64,000 nucleotides of DNA, taken from contig CAWCLO010000004.1 of assembly GCA_963796455.1 (NCBI GenBank), forward strand, positions 1,024,001 to 1,088,000, in the 5' to 3' direction. Position numbers and translations under genes: made by a program. Source of the DNA: Candidatus Sulfomarinibacteraceae bacterium. GTDB taxonomy: Bacteria; Acidobacteriota; Thermoanaerobaculia; Thermoanaerobaculales; Sulfomarinibacteraceae. How positions within the stretch are numbered: the first letter of the stretch is position 1; every line of letters starts with the position of its first letter. The notes under the pieces are model-generated. The model worked only from the letters and a program-made list of their open reading frames with translations. It had not been told where the DNA came from and did no database searches. Of the stretch, positions 52,181 through 61,324 are shown in pieces.

Positions 52181-52933
52181 ATGGCACGGAAGATCGAGGC
52201 CCTGAGCATGCCGAAGGGTCAGGGATCCCGGTACACTGCGGAGCCTTCATTCAGGCTCCATGAGTGGCTTGTGGAACCCGACCTCAATCTGATCAGCCGA
52301 GACGGTCTCCAGATTCGTCTCGAGGTCAAAATTATGGAACTTCTGACCTTCTTTGCCCAACGCGGATCCCGCCTGCTGACCCGGCAGGAACTGGTTGACG
52401 GTGTCTGGAACGCCGATTTCATCTGCGACAACACATTGACACACGCGATCGCGGAACTGCGCGCCGCCCTGGGCGACAACTGTCGAGAGCCGATGTATAT
52501 CGAAACCATCCACCGGCGTGGCTATCGGTTGGTGGCGCCGGTAACGACACTCGAGGGCCGGATCCCTAAGGAAACCGGAAGCCCCTCCCGTTATCGAATC
52601 GTCGATTCCACCCACAGCATCCAGCTTCGAGAAGGCGCCAATCTGATCGGCCGCGCACCCGAGGCGACGGTTCGTATCGATTCAATCTGGGTCTCGCGAG
52701 ATCATGCACGCATTCTCATCGACGAGGCCGCGGCGACGCTCGAGGACCTCGCGAGCCGCAACGGCACCTTCCTCAATGGTATTGAGGTGGTGAGATCCAT
52801 GCGGCTCGCCGCGGGCGACACGATCTTTCTCGGCAAGCACACCAACCCTCTCCACTTCATGGAGTCGGGACCGCAGGCTTCCACCGAGCCCATGACCGAA
52901 AATACCCCTATGGATCGTCTGGCCAGGAACTGA
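52181..52933 (+). CDS. Winged-helix (CadC/OmpR-type) + FHA domain transcriptional regulator
   Basis: LRAALGD...YIETIHRRGYRL; FHA motifs IGR, VSRDHA, SRNGTFLNG; AGGAGG RBS. Confidence 0.9.
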   Translation: MARKIEALSMPKGQGSRYTAEPSFRLHEWLVEPDLNLISRDGLQIRLEVKIMELLTFFAQRGSRLLTRQELVDGVWNADFICDNTLTHAIAELRAALGDNCREPMYIETIHRRGYRLVAPVTTLEGRIPKETGSPSRYRIVDSTHSIQLREGANLIGRAPEATVRIDSIWVSRDHARILIDEAAATLEDLASRNGTFLNGIEVVRSMRLAAGDTIFLGKHTNPLHFMESGPQASTEPMTENTPMDRLARN

Positions 52934-53000
52934 CAAACGACTCTTTCCGTCCCTGATCACGGTCGCGAAAGTGCAAAAAAGAGTCGGCCTGCGTACCTCC

Positions 53001-53563
53001 CACTCGATACTCGATACTCGATGCTGGATGCTGGATACCGGACCCACGATCCCCTTCCCCACCAACGTCGGAACGGGAGAAAGGGTACAGGGGAGAAAAG
53101 GAGAACGAGCCTCCACATGGCGGAGGGACTGAGTACCCATCGCTATCGGAATCGCTATCGATGGGAAACGGTTGGATTATTCTCCTTGACGCGCTCGCGG
53201 TTCCAATGCTTTCCCGGAAAGTAGAACCAACCAGGACGGACATTTCCAGCATGCGAACAGCGCCTCCCGATGTCATCCTGAGCGAAGCCCCTACAGGGGC
53301 GAAGTCGAAGGATCTATGAGATGAACGGAACAACCCCAGTCCGCAGATCCTTCGACTACGCGCCGAAGGCGCTCCGCTCAGGATGACATATTGAACGACA
53401 GTTCCGATACCGTTACCGAACGGGGGAATAGGGAAAACGCACCGGTGACGACGTTCGTGATAAGGAGAGGGTCTCCCTTTCTCCCTTTCTCCCTTTCTCC
53501 CTTCTCCCTTTCTCCCCTCCTTCTCCCTTTCTCCCTTTCTCCCTTTCTCCCTTTCTCCTCTGC
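53001..53563. repeat. Family C repeat mosaic, copy 2, with GTCATCCTGAGC palindrome (53271-53388)
   Basis: CTCGATA/CTGGATG heptamers, GGGAGAAA units, CGCTAT hexamers, palindrome, TCGTGATAAGG at 53455, CCCTTTCT array. Confidence 0.9.
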
Positions 53564-53617
53564 TCAAACTCCCTGCTCTGCTAAAGTGCAAGCAGAACCG
53601 ACGGGAGGATCAGCGAA

Positions 53618-55012
53618 ATGGCATTGCTCGAGGGCAAGCCCATGTCGAACGTGGATGCGGCGTGGCTTCACATGGAAGACCCCACCAACCTGATGCTGAT
53701 TGCAGGGGTGATGTCCTTCTATGAAAAGCTCGATTTCGGTGAACTCAAAAATATCATCGAGGATCGTCTGTTGCCTTTCGACCGCTTTCGTCAGAAGGTG
53801 ATTGTCTCCACGATTCCAGGCATTGGACCACGCTGGGTTGATGACCCGCACTTCAACCTCAGATCACATCTTCTGCGAGTGGCTCTGCCGGATCCCGGTG
53901 GTCAAGACGAGTTGCAGGAAATGGTCTCCAGCCTTATGAGCACGCCGCTCGACTATTCAAAACCCCTCTGGCAGTTCCAGTACATCGAGAACTATCGCGG
54001 CGGCAGCGCGGTCGTTGCGAGAATCCACCACTGCATCGCCGACGGCATCGCTCTGGTCCGGGTCCTTCTGGGAATGACCGACGATTCGCCCACCGGTTCT
54101 CCCCATGCCCGCCGCAAACGGCGTCGAAGGCGGCCTCTCGGCGGCGGATATTGGCTTCCCGAAGTGGTGAACGACGCCGTCTATTCGGTCGGTCGGATCA
54201 CCGGGCGGATGATCGACAAAACACTCGAAACCGTCACCGACCCGCAACGGGCCGCTCAGTTGATCGCCGAGGGCGCCAAAAGTACGGGGGTGCTGGCCCG
54301 CCTGGCAACGATGCCGGCCGATCCCGACACCGTGTTCGCCGGCGAGCTCTGCACTGCCAAACGCTGTGCCTGGTCGAAGGTCATGCCTCTCGATCAGGTC
54401 AAGGCCTTCAGCAAGGCTCACGACGCGACGATCAACGACGTGCTCCTGGCAGGAGTTGCCGGCGCCTTGCGCCGATACATGATCCAACGAAAAACCGAAG
54501 TTGACGGGGTCGGTATCCGAGCGGTGGTGCCTGTCAATCTGCGACCCGAGTCGGAGATCATCAAGCTCGGCAACAAGTTCGGCCTCGTTTTCCTTGAACT
54601 GCCGGTTGGTGTGGCGGGTCAGATGGACCGGTTACGGGAGCTCAAAAAGCGGATGGACGCGATCAAGGCGTCGTCAGAACCCATGGTGATCTATGCCCTT
54701 CTCAACGCGGTCGGCATCACCGGGCCCAAAGTCGAAAGCCTGGCCCTGCAACTCTTCGGATCCAAAGCGACGGCGGTCATGACCAACGTTCCCGGGCCGC
54801 GCGAGGAGATCTATCTCGCCGGCAAGGCAATGCGCAGCATGATGTTCTGGGTGCCGCAATCAGCTCGTCTCGGCCTTGGTGTGAGCATCTTGAGTTACGC
54901 CGGTCAGGTGCGCCTTGGGATTGCCGTCGATTCCGGGCTCGTGCCCAATCCGGGCGACATCATCGATGCATTCCAGGAGGAGATGGCGGAGATGATGAGT
55001 GAGGCCTCCTGA
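53618..55012 (+). CDS. Wax ester synthase/diacylglycerol acyltransferase (WS/DGAT)
   Basis: DAAWLHME, PLW, HHCIADG, TINDV, TNVPGP, LSYAG. Confidence 0.93.
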   Translation: MALLEGKPMSNVDAAWLHMEDPTNLMLIAGVMSFYEKLDFGELKNIIEDRLLPFDRFRQKVIVSTIPGIGPRWVDDPHFNLRSHLLRVALPDPGGQDELQEMVSSLMSTPLDYSKPLWQFQYIENYRGGSAVVARIHHCIADGIALVRVLLGMTDDSPTGSPHARRKRRRRRPLGGGYWLPEVVNDAVYSVGRITGRMIDKTLETVTDPQRAAQLIAEGAKSTGVLARLATMPADPDTVFAGELCTAKRCAWSKVMPLDQVKAFSKAHDATINDVLLAGVAGALRRYMIQRKTEVDGVGIRAVVPVNLRPESEIIKLGNKFGLVFLELPVGVAGQMDRLRELKKRMDAIKASSEPMVIYALLNAVGITGPKVESLALQLFGSKATAVMTNVPGPREEIYLAGKAMRSMMFWVPQSARLGLGVSILSYAGQVRLGIAVDSGLVPNPGDIIDAFQEEMAEMMSEAS

Positions 55013-55041
55013 GAGAGAGGGTGAAGGGGATAGGGCCCCGT

Positions 55042-55590
55042 CACTCGATACTCGAGGGATGCTGGATGCTGGAACCAAACGTCGAACCCTTCCGATCCCG
55101 ATCCCGTTCCCGAAAGGGAGAAAGGGGGAAAGGGAGAAAGGGAGAAACGGAGAACCGCACCCCACAGCGCAGAGGAGCAGAGGGGCGGAGGGGCAGAGGG
55201 GAAACCACCCGGCACTGATCTGCCCTGCATGGGAATGTCGCCTCCCGATGTCATCCTGAGCGGAGCCCGCAGGGCGTAGTCGAAGGATCTATGAGACGGA
55301 CCGAAGCCCCCTTGTGCCGCAGATCCTTCGACTTCGCGCTCGAAGCGCTCCGCTCAGGATGACATCTTGAACGATCGTTCCGGTCCCGATCCCGCTCCCG
55401 ATCCCGTATGGGGCTGACCGTACCCCCGGGGTTGAGGGAGCGTTCGCTATCGCTATCGCTATCGAACGGCTGCTATGGATACCGACCTCGTAAGAGAGAC
55501 AGGGCCTCACCGGTTCCGTAGATCGTGATAAGGGCAGAGTCTCCTCTGCTCCTCTGCTCCTCTGCTCCTCTGCTCCTCTGCTCCTCTGCT
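55042..55590. repeat. Family C repeat mosaic, copy 3, with GTCATCCTGAGC palindrome (55249-55364)
   Basis: Module order similar to copy 2; TCGTGATAAGG at 55523, then a CTCCTCTG array. Confidence 0.9.
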
Positions 55591-56081
55591 CAGAAGTCCA
55601 GACTCCCCTGACCACTCTCATGTGCCAGCAGCCATTTCTTGCGCCACAGTCCGCCGGCGTAGCCCGTCAACTCCCCGCCCGACCCGATCACACGATGGCA
55701 GGGCACGATGATGGCAATCGGGTTGCGGGCGTTAGCGGTCCCAACCGCCCGCGACGCTCCGGGATCGCCAAGACGGCGCGCAATCGCACCATAGGTTTCC
55801 GTGGATCCATAAGGAATCTGCACCAGGTCATCCCACACCCGTCTTTCGAAATCACTTCCGGAGGGATCGACCTCGAGATCGAAAATCGTTCTTTCGCCGG
55901 CGAAGTACTGTTCGAGCTGCCGCACCACTTGCCCACATCCGGGGTCACTCTCGGTCGCGGGCAGGTCATCCTGATCGAGGAACTTCACTGCAAGGAGTAA
56001 GCCCTCCTCGTTGACCGAGACCTCGATCTGACCGATCGGCGACTCGAGTCGAGCCGAAGCTACACCATCGGGAGAAGTCAC
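55590..56081 (-). CDS. ogt: Methylated-DNA--protein-cysteine methyltransferase
   Basis: IPYG, RAVGTAN, NPIAIIVPCHRV, YAGG. Start uncertain. Confidence 0.93.
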   Translation of the reverse strand: MTSPDGVASARLESPIGQIEVSVNEEGLLLAVKFLDQDDLPATESDPGCGQVVRQLEQYFAGERTIFDLEVDPSGSDFERRVWDDLVQIPYGSTETYGAIARRLGDPGASRAVGTANARNPIAIIVPCHRVIGSGGELTGYAGGLWRKKWLLAHESGQGSLDF

Positions 56082-56287
56082 GCCTCGACCGGACCCCGGA
56101 TCGGTTCGAACACAAATAGTCTGACATCCATATGGTTTTCCCCTTTTTGTAGCAGACCCGCCGGTGATTGAATCGAAGACTACCATGGACCAACCGGTGC
56201 CATTGTTTCGAAGTCGCCGGGATCAGGGGTGATTTCGTCCTCGCGGACACGAAGAAATCCTGACTGAACAACCCTTATACTCATGCG

Positions 56288-58333
56288 GTGAGCGAGTTCT
56301 TCACCACCGCATGCCCGCGGAATTGTTACTCGACCTGTGGTTTCAGGGTGGAGGTTTCGGAAGGGCGAATTCGCACAATCGAAAGCCACCCTGCGAACCT
56401 CGCGACATCCGAGGGCCCCTGTCTCAAAGGCCTGGCCTATGTCGAACGGGTTTATTCCGATGATCGCCTCCTCTATCCGCTCGAGCGAAAAGAGAACGGG
56501 CGATTCGAGCGCATCTCGTGGGATCGAGCCCTCGATCGGATCGCTTCCGAGCTTCTATCGGCCCGCGACCGCCACGGTCCCAGGAGCGTGTTCTTTTATG
56601 CAGGCAGCGGTACCAAGGGGCTGATGAACGAGGTTCCAACCGAATTCTGGCGTCTGTTTGGCGGCTGTACCACGACCTATGGAGATCTCTGTTGGCCGGC
56701 CGGTCTGGAGGCGACCCGGCTGACTCTCGGCGACAATCGCCACAGCGCACCCTGGGATCTGGTCAATGCTCGACTCATCATCCTGTGGGGCAAAAACCCG
56801 GCCGAAACCAACATCCACCAGATGCGTTTTGTTCACAAGGCGGTGGATGGCGGCGCCAAACTCGTCGTGATCGATCCCCGCCGGACGGAATCGGCGGAGG
56901 GTGCGGACCTCCTGGTCCAACCGCGACCCGGTACTGATGGAGCCCTCGCTCTCGGCATCGCCCGTCTGCTGATTTCCAGCTCGGCCATCGACGAGGATTT
57001 CGTCCGGGCCCACGTTCACGGATTTGACGAATTCGCGGCGATGGTTGGTGAATACCCGCCCCATGTGGTTGAAGAAATCACCGACGTTCCAATCCGGGGC
57101 ATCGAGAAGTTGGCGGAGATGATTGCTGCATCCGACGCGGTCAGCATCTGCGCCGGATTCGGAATGCAGCGCTATACCAATTCCGCACAAACGATGCGGG
57201 CGATGATCGCCCTCCTGGCCGTGACCGGTAATCTCGGCAAACCAGGGGCTGGTTGGATCTACGCAAATCTCCAGAGTCACATTTTTTCGCCCTGCAAGGA
57301 CCCACTTGCCCTCTACCCAAACGCAGACGATGAGGACCCGATTCGTGCATCGGTATCCACCGCACGCCTCGGACCCGCGATGGTCGAACAAAATGCCCCG
57401 CCACTCTCGGTGGCCTGGGTGGAGCGAGGCAATCCAGTCACCCAGAACCCGAACACAATGGCGGTTCTCGATGCCTTCCGCAGTCTCGACTTCCGAGTCG
57501 TTGTGGATCAGTTTCTGACCGATACGGCACGCGAGGCCGATATCGTCCTTCCCGCAAAAACCATGTTCGAGCAGACCGATGTCATCAACGCCTATTGGCA
57601 TCCATATATCCAGATCAAGGACAAAATCATCGAATCGCCCGGCGAGGTCCGTCCGGAATCGGAGATCTACTGGGAGCTCGCCCAACGTCTCGGAATGCCC
57701 GAGCGCGAGATCGCGGCTCGGTTGCCCGCTCCCACCGACGAGGCGGTGGAGAAATGGCTCGAAGATCGCCTGGAGCCGTACCGGCAACTCAGCCTCGAGA
57801 TATTGCGAAATGGACCTGTGATCGCACCCGGGGCCCAGGAGATCGCCTGGTCCGACCTTTCCTTCCCGACGCCATCGGGGCGTATCGAGCTCTCTTCCAA
57901 GGAGGCGGCGGACCGGTGGTCAGCTGACACCCTGCCGCGTTTTCGGAAACCGGTCGAAGGCCCGGGCGCCGGCCAAAGGAAATACCCCCTCCATCTTCTG
58001 ACGCCAAACACCAAAAACCGGATCCACTCACAATTCGGGGAGCTGCCGTCGATCAGGGCCCTCGACCCGGAGTGCAGACTCGAGGTCCATCCAACCGACG
58101 CCGTAGCGCGGGGAATCTCCGAGTCCGACCGCGTTCGGGTGTTCAACGACCGCGGCTCGATCGAGGTCCCCGTTCGATTCGATCACAGCCTGCGACCCGG
58201 GTGCATCTCCATTCACAACGGTTGGTGGTTGTCCGAGGGCGGTGGTGTCAACCTGCTTTCAGAGGCTCGAGAAACCGATATGGGACATGGTGCGGCGTTC
58301 CACGAAAACGCCGTCGAGATGGAACGCGCCTGA
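56288..58333 (+). CDS. Molybdopterin oxidoreductase catalytic subunit (DMSO reductase family)
   Basis: CPRNCYSTC...C Fe-S motif, WGKNP, VIDPR, PRPGTDGAL, TDTAREADIVLP, molydopterin-binding C-terminus; no Tat signal. Confidence 0.9.
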   Translation: MSEFFTTACPRNCYSTCGFRVEVSEGRIRTIESHPANLATSEGPCLKGLAYVERVYSDDRLLYPLERKENGRFERISWDRALDRIASELLSARDRHGPRSVFFYAGSGTKGLMNEVPTEFWRLFGGCTTTYGDLCWPAGLEATRLTLGDNRHSAPWDLVNARLIILWGKNPAETNIHQMRFVHKAVDGGAKLVVIDPRRTESAEGADLLVQPRPGTDGALALGIARLLISSSAIDEDFVRAHVHGFDEFAAMVGEYPPHVVEEITDVPIRGIEKLAEMIAASDAVSICAGFGMQRYTNSAQTMRAMIALLAVTGNLGKPGAGWIYANLQSHIFSPCKDPLALYPNADDEDPIRASVSTARLGPAMVEQNAPPLSVAWVERGNPVTQNPNTMAVLDAFRSLDFRVVVDQFLTDTAREADIVLPAKTMFEQTDVINAYWHPYIQIKDKIIESPGEVRPESEIYWELAQRLGMPEREIAARLPAPTDEAVEKWLEDRLEPYRQLSLEILRNGPVIAPGAQEIAWSDLSFPTPSGRIELSSKEAADRWSADTLPRFRKPVEGPGAGQRKYPLHLLTPNTKNRIHSQFGELPSIRALDPECRLEVHPTDAVARGISESDRVRVFNDRGSIEVPVRFDHSLRPGCISIHNGWWLSEGGGVNLLSEARETDMGHGAAFHENAVEMERA

Positions 58334-59637
58334 TGGCTCAGGGGCTCTTCGTTCTCGATGTCGACCGCTGTACCGGGTGTTCCGCCTGCGTCGTGGCCTG
58401 CAGAAACGAGAACCCGGTTGCACAAGATCTCAGTTGGCGTGAGGTCCAAACATACAACCGACAACGCCTCCCGTCTGCTCCGGTCTTTCACTACTCCCTC
58501 AGCTGCAATCACTGCCTCGAACCGGCATGCATGAGGGGTTGTCCCGCCAATGCCTACAGCAAGGACCCCACGACGGGTGCCGTCCTCATCGACCCCGCAC
58601 ACTGTTTCGGCTGCCGGTATTGTTCCTGGCTCTGTCCCTACGATGCCCCTCGTATCAGCAACCAATCCCGCATCATGGAGAAGTGCACCTTCTGTAATCA
58701 CCGCCAGGAAGAAGGCCTCGAGCCTGCCTGTGTGGTCGCCTGCCCCACCGATGCGCTTCGATTCGAAGCCGCTTCCGAGCCCGCGGTTGTCCACCGGCCC
58801 GGCTTTCCCGAGACCGGTCTTCACCCGGCCATCAAGGTGATCGGTCGCCGGCGTGAGGCCGCACCCACGGCGGTGGCCACCTTCGATCGACCGTCGTTGC
58901 CACAAACCGGGCTCCACCTCGATTGGAGCGGGCTCAAAAACGAGTGGTCGCTGTGGCTCTTTTCCACCGTAGCGACCATTCTCGTGGCGTGGTTCACCTC
59001 GGCCGCCACCAACGGTGAGGATGTTGTTCTCGCTCTTTTCGCATCAGTTGGCGCCCTTTCGATGGCTGTCAGCGTCCTCCACCTGGGTCGAATCAGCAGA
59101 TTCTGGCGAGCGATACTGAATATCCGATATTCCTGGGTCAGTCGCGAAGTGTTTTTCTTTTCGATCTTTTTTGCATCCGCCTGCTTCGCCATTATGCGGC
59201 CTCCACCGAATTGGCTCCTCTGGACCATTGCGGGCTTTGGGTTTGCAGCGCTCTATTCAATGGACATGGTTTATCGAATACCCGGCCAGCCGGTCCAAAC
59301 CGTGCCGCACAGCGCCATGGCGATCCTGAGTGCCGCCTTCTACATCGGGATCCTCATCGCGAGTCCGGTGCTCCTGTGGCCGGTCGCCGCGGTGAAGGCG
59401 GTTCTTTATCTGGCGCGACCCATCTACCCTCCACCCGGTCTCGCCGCCCTCGCGCCACTGCGCCTCGGCGTAGGTCTGCTCATTCCGTGCGTGCTGGCAA
59501 CGGCTGCGAGCCCCGCTGTTTCGGGCTTCGCGATATGGGCCGCGATCTTTGGCGAGCTCATCGACCGCGGCGAGTTCTACGCCTCCCTCCGATTCCTGAC
59601 CCCGGCAGAGCAAATTGAGATCGATCTCGAGGAGTGA
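58333..59637 (+). CDS. 4Fe-4S (DmsB-like) domain fused to a DmsC/NrfD-like membrane anchor
   Basis: Four Cys clusters (CTGCSACVVAC, CNHC...C...CP, CFGCRYC...CP, KCTFC...CVVACP), then HLGR, SWVSRE and several TMs. Confidence 0.85.
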   Translation: MAQGLFVLDVDRCTGCSACVVACRNENPVAQDLSWREVQTYNRQRLPSAPVFHYSLSCNHCLEPACMRGCPANAYSKDPTTGAVLIDPAHCFGCRYCSWLCPYDAPRISNQSRIMEKCTFCNHRQEEGLEPACVVACPTDALRFEAASEPAVVHRPGFPETGLHPAIKVIGRRREAAPTAVATFDRPSLPQTGLHLDWSGLKNEWSLWLFSTVATILVAWFTSAATNGEDVVLALFASVGALSMAVSVLHLGRISRFWRAILNIRYSWVSREVFFFSIFFASACFAIMRPPPNWLLWTIAGFGFAALYSMDMVYRIPGQPVQTVPHSAMAILSAAFYIGILIASPVLLWPVAAVKAVLYLARPIYPPPGLAALAPLRLGVGLLIPCVLATAASPAVSGFAIWAAIFGELIDRGEFYASLRFLTPAEQIEIDLEE

Positions 59638-59656
59638 GATAGAAGCCCGAACTCCG

Positions 59657-59986
59657 GAGGCAGCGACAGTGTCCAGCGGCAGCGGCAGAGAGCAGCGACA
59701 GGGGACAGTGATCAGTGTTCAGGGGCAGAGACCGGGGGCTGCAATCAGGTGCAGTGCCGGCGTGGTCACCTCAGGGGCGTTCAACAGAAGATACAGCCGC
59801 AGTGCTGTAGGCGTCTCGCCTGCACACCGTGCGGCCGAGACGGCCGCACCACAAAGACCGGAGCCCCGAGCAACTGAGTGCCGTTCACTGTCCCGGCCGC
59901 TGATCGCTGACGCTGGTGACTGAACGCTGCCGCTGCCGCTGGACACTGTCGCTGTCCCTGTACGTTATCGAAACTCTGTCTTGGAC
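59657..59986. mobile_element. Family B cassette, gene-less copy with REP-like hairpins inside
   Basis: cagcgacagtgtccagcggcagcggcag (left) pairs with ctgccgctgccgctggacactgtcgctg (right); internal palindromes tgtaggcgtctcgcctgca and gtgcggccgagacggccgcac. Confidence 0.75.
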
Positions 59987-59995
59987 TAGCGGTAA

Positions 59996-60036
59996 CCAGT
60001 ATCGAGCATCCAGCATCCAGTATCGAGTATCGAGCG
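59996..60036 (+). repeat. Heptamer array AGCATCC/AGTATCG
   Basis: ccagtatcgagcatccagcatccagtatcgagtatcgagc. Confidence 0.8.
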
Positions 60037-60147
60037 ATGTCGCCCTCACCCTCGCTCCAATCCGTTCAGTCGAATCTCCAACGGAATCATCCAGCTCTTC
60101 ATTCGTAGTCCGTACTACTGCTAACATCCCCGGTGGAGGATTCTCCG

Positions 60148-61278
60148 ATGTCATTTGAACTTACCAAGCGCCAACAAGACACCGCGGCCGCCGCCATCAC
60201 GATTTTATCGGCGGTGGTGATCATCCTCGCGATCGGCACCCTTTTTTATTTTGTCGGTGCATTCCTGGTGAAGTTCTCGGCTGTTTTCCTGCCGTTGGCG
60301 GTCGCTGCCGTCGCTGCACTGGTGGTCAAACCGTTTTACGAGGCGATCAGGAAGCGGCTGCCACTGGGAAAAGTGGCGGCGTTGGTCGTCGTGTTCTTAT
60401 CGGTGATCATCCCGATCGCGGGACTGGTCTGGTTTTTCGGGGCCATCATCGCCGACCAGATCAAGGGCATCGTGCAGAGTTTTCCCCAGTGGTGGGAGGC
60501 CGCAATGGAGTGGGTCAAAGTGCGGGCTCCACAGGCATTTCAGCTCTACCGTGAGACCGAAGTCGGACAGGCCCTCGGGGCGGCGGTCGAGGAACAAAGC
60601 GACGCCCTCGTCAACGTCGCCAGATTCATGGGAGAACGAGCCGTATCAGCCGGCGCCGGTGTTCTCTCGGGCGTCGGACTCCTGTTGGGTTGGGTCGTGA
60701 CCCCGATCTATTTTTCTTTCTTTCTCATGGCCGACACCAAACCGATCAACAATCTCGAGCAGTATCTGCCTTTTCTCAAACCCGATACCCGGCAGGACCT
60801 TGTCTATCTCTTTCGGGAATTCGTCCACATCATCGTTTCCTTTTTTCGCGGTCAGCTCATCATCGCCTTCCTGCAGGGTCTTCTCTTTGCCATCGGCTTC
60901 ACCCTGGTGGGACTCAAATACGGTTTCGTGATCGGTCTGACTCTCGGCTTCCTCAATATCGTGCCCTATCTCGGCAATATCATCGGTCTCGCCACGGCGC
61001 TCCCCCTGGCCTTTTTCCAACCGGATGGAGGCATCGTTCGGGTCCTGCTGGTGCTGGTGGTTTTCGCCGCGGTACAGATCATCGAGGGTTATTTTTTGAC
61101 GCCGAAAATCATGGGCGACCGCACCGGGCTCCACCCGATCGTCATCATCGTCGCCATTTTCTTCTGGGGCACCGCGCTCAATGGGATCATGGGGATGATC
61201 CTGGCGATTCCCTTGACCGCATTCATGGTGGTCTTCTGGCGCCTGGCGCGGGAGAAATATCTGCCTGAACTGGTTTAA
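60148..61278 (+). CDS. AI-2E family transporter
   Basis: FFRGQL, NIVPYLG, EGYFLTPKIMG...GLHP, GMILAIP. Confidence 0.9.
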   Translation: MSFELTKRQQDTAAAAITILSAVVIILAIGTLFYFVGAFLVKFSAVFLPLAVAAVAALVVKPFYEAIRKRLPLGKVAALVVVFLSVIIPIAGLVWFFGAIIADQIKGIVQSFPQWWEAAMEWVKVRAPQAFQLYRETEVGQALGAAVEEQSDALVNVARFMGERAVSAGAGVLSGVGLLLGWVVTPIYFSFFLMADTKPINNLEQYLPFLKPDTRQDLVYLFREFVHIIVSFFRGQLIIAFLQGLLFAIGFTLVGLKYGFVIGLTLGFLNIVPYLGNIIGLATALPLAFFQPDGGIVRVLLVLVVFAAVQIIEGYFLTPKIMGDRTGLHPIVIIVAIFFWGTALNGIMGMILAIPLTAFMVVFWRLAREKYLPELV

Positions 61279-61324
61279 CAACTCTCTTATATAGCGATTT
61301 GGTTATTTTGTGTATCATGAACTC

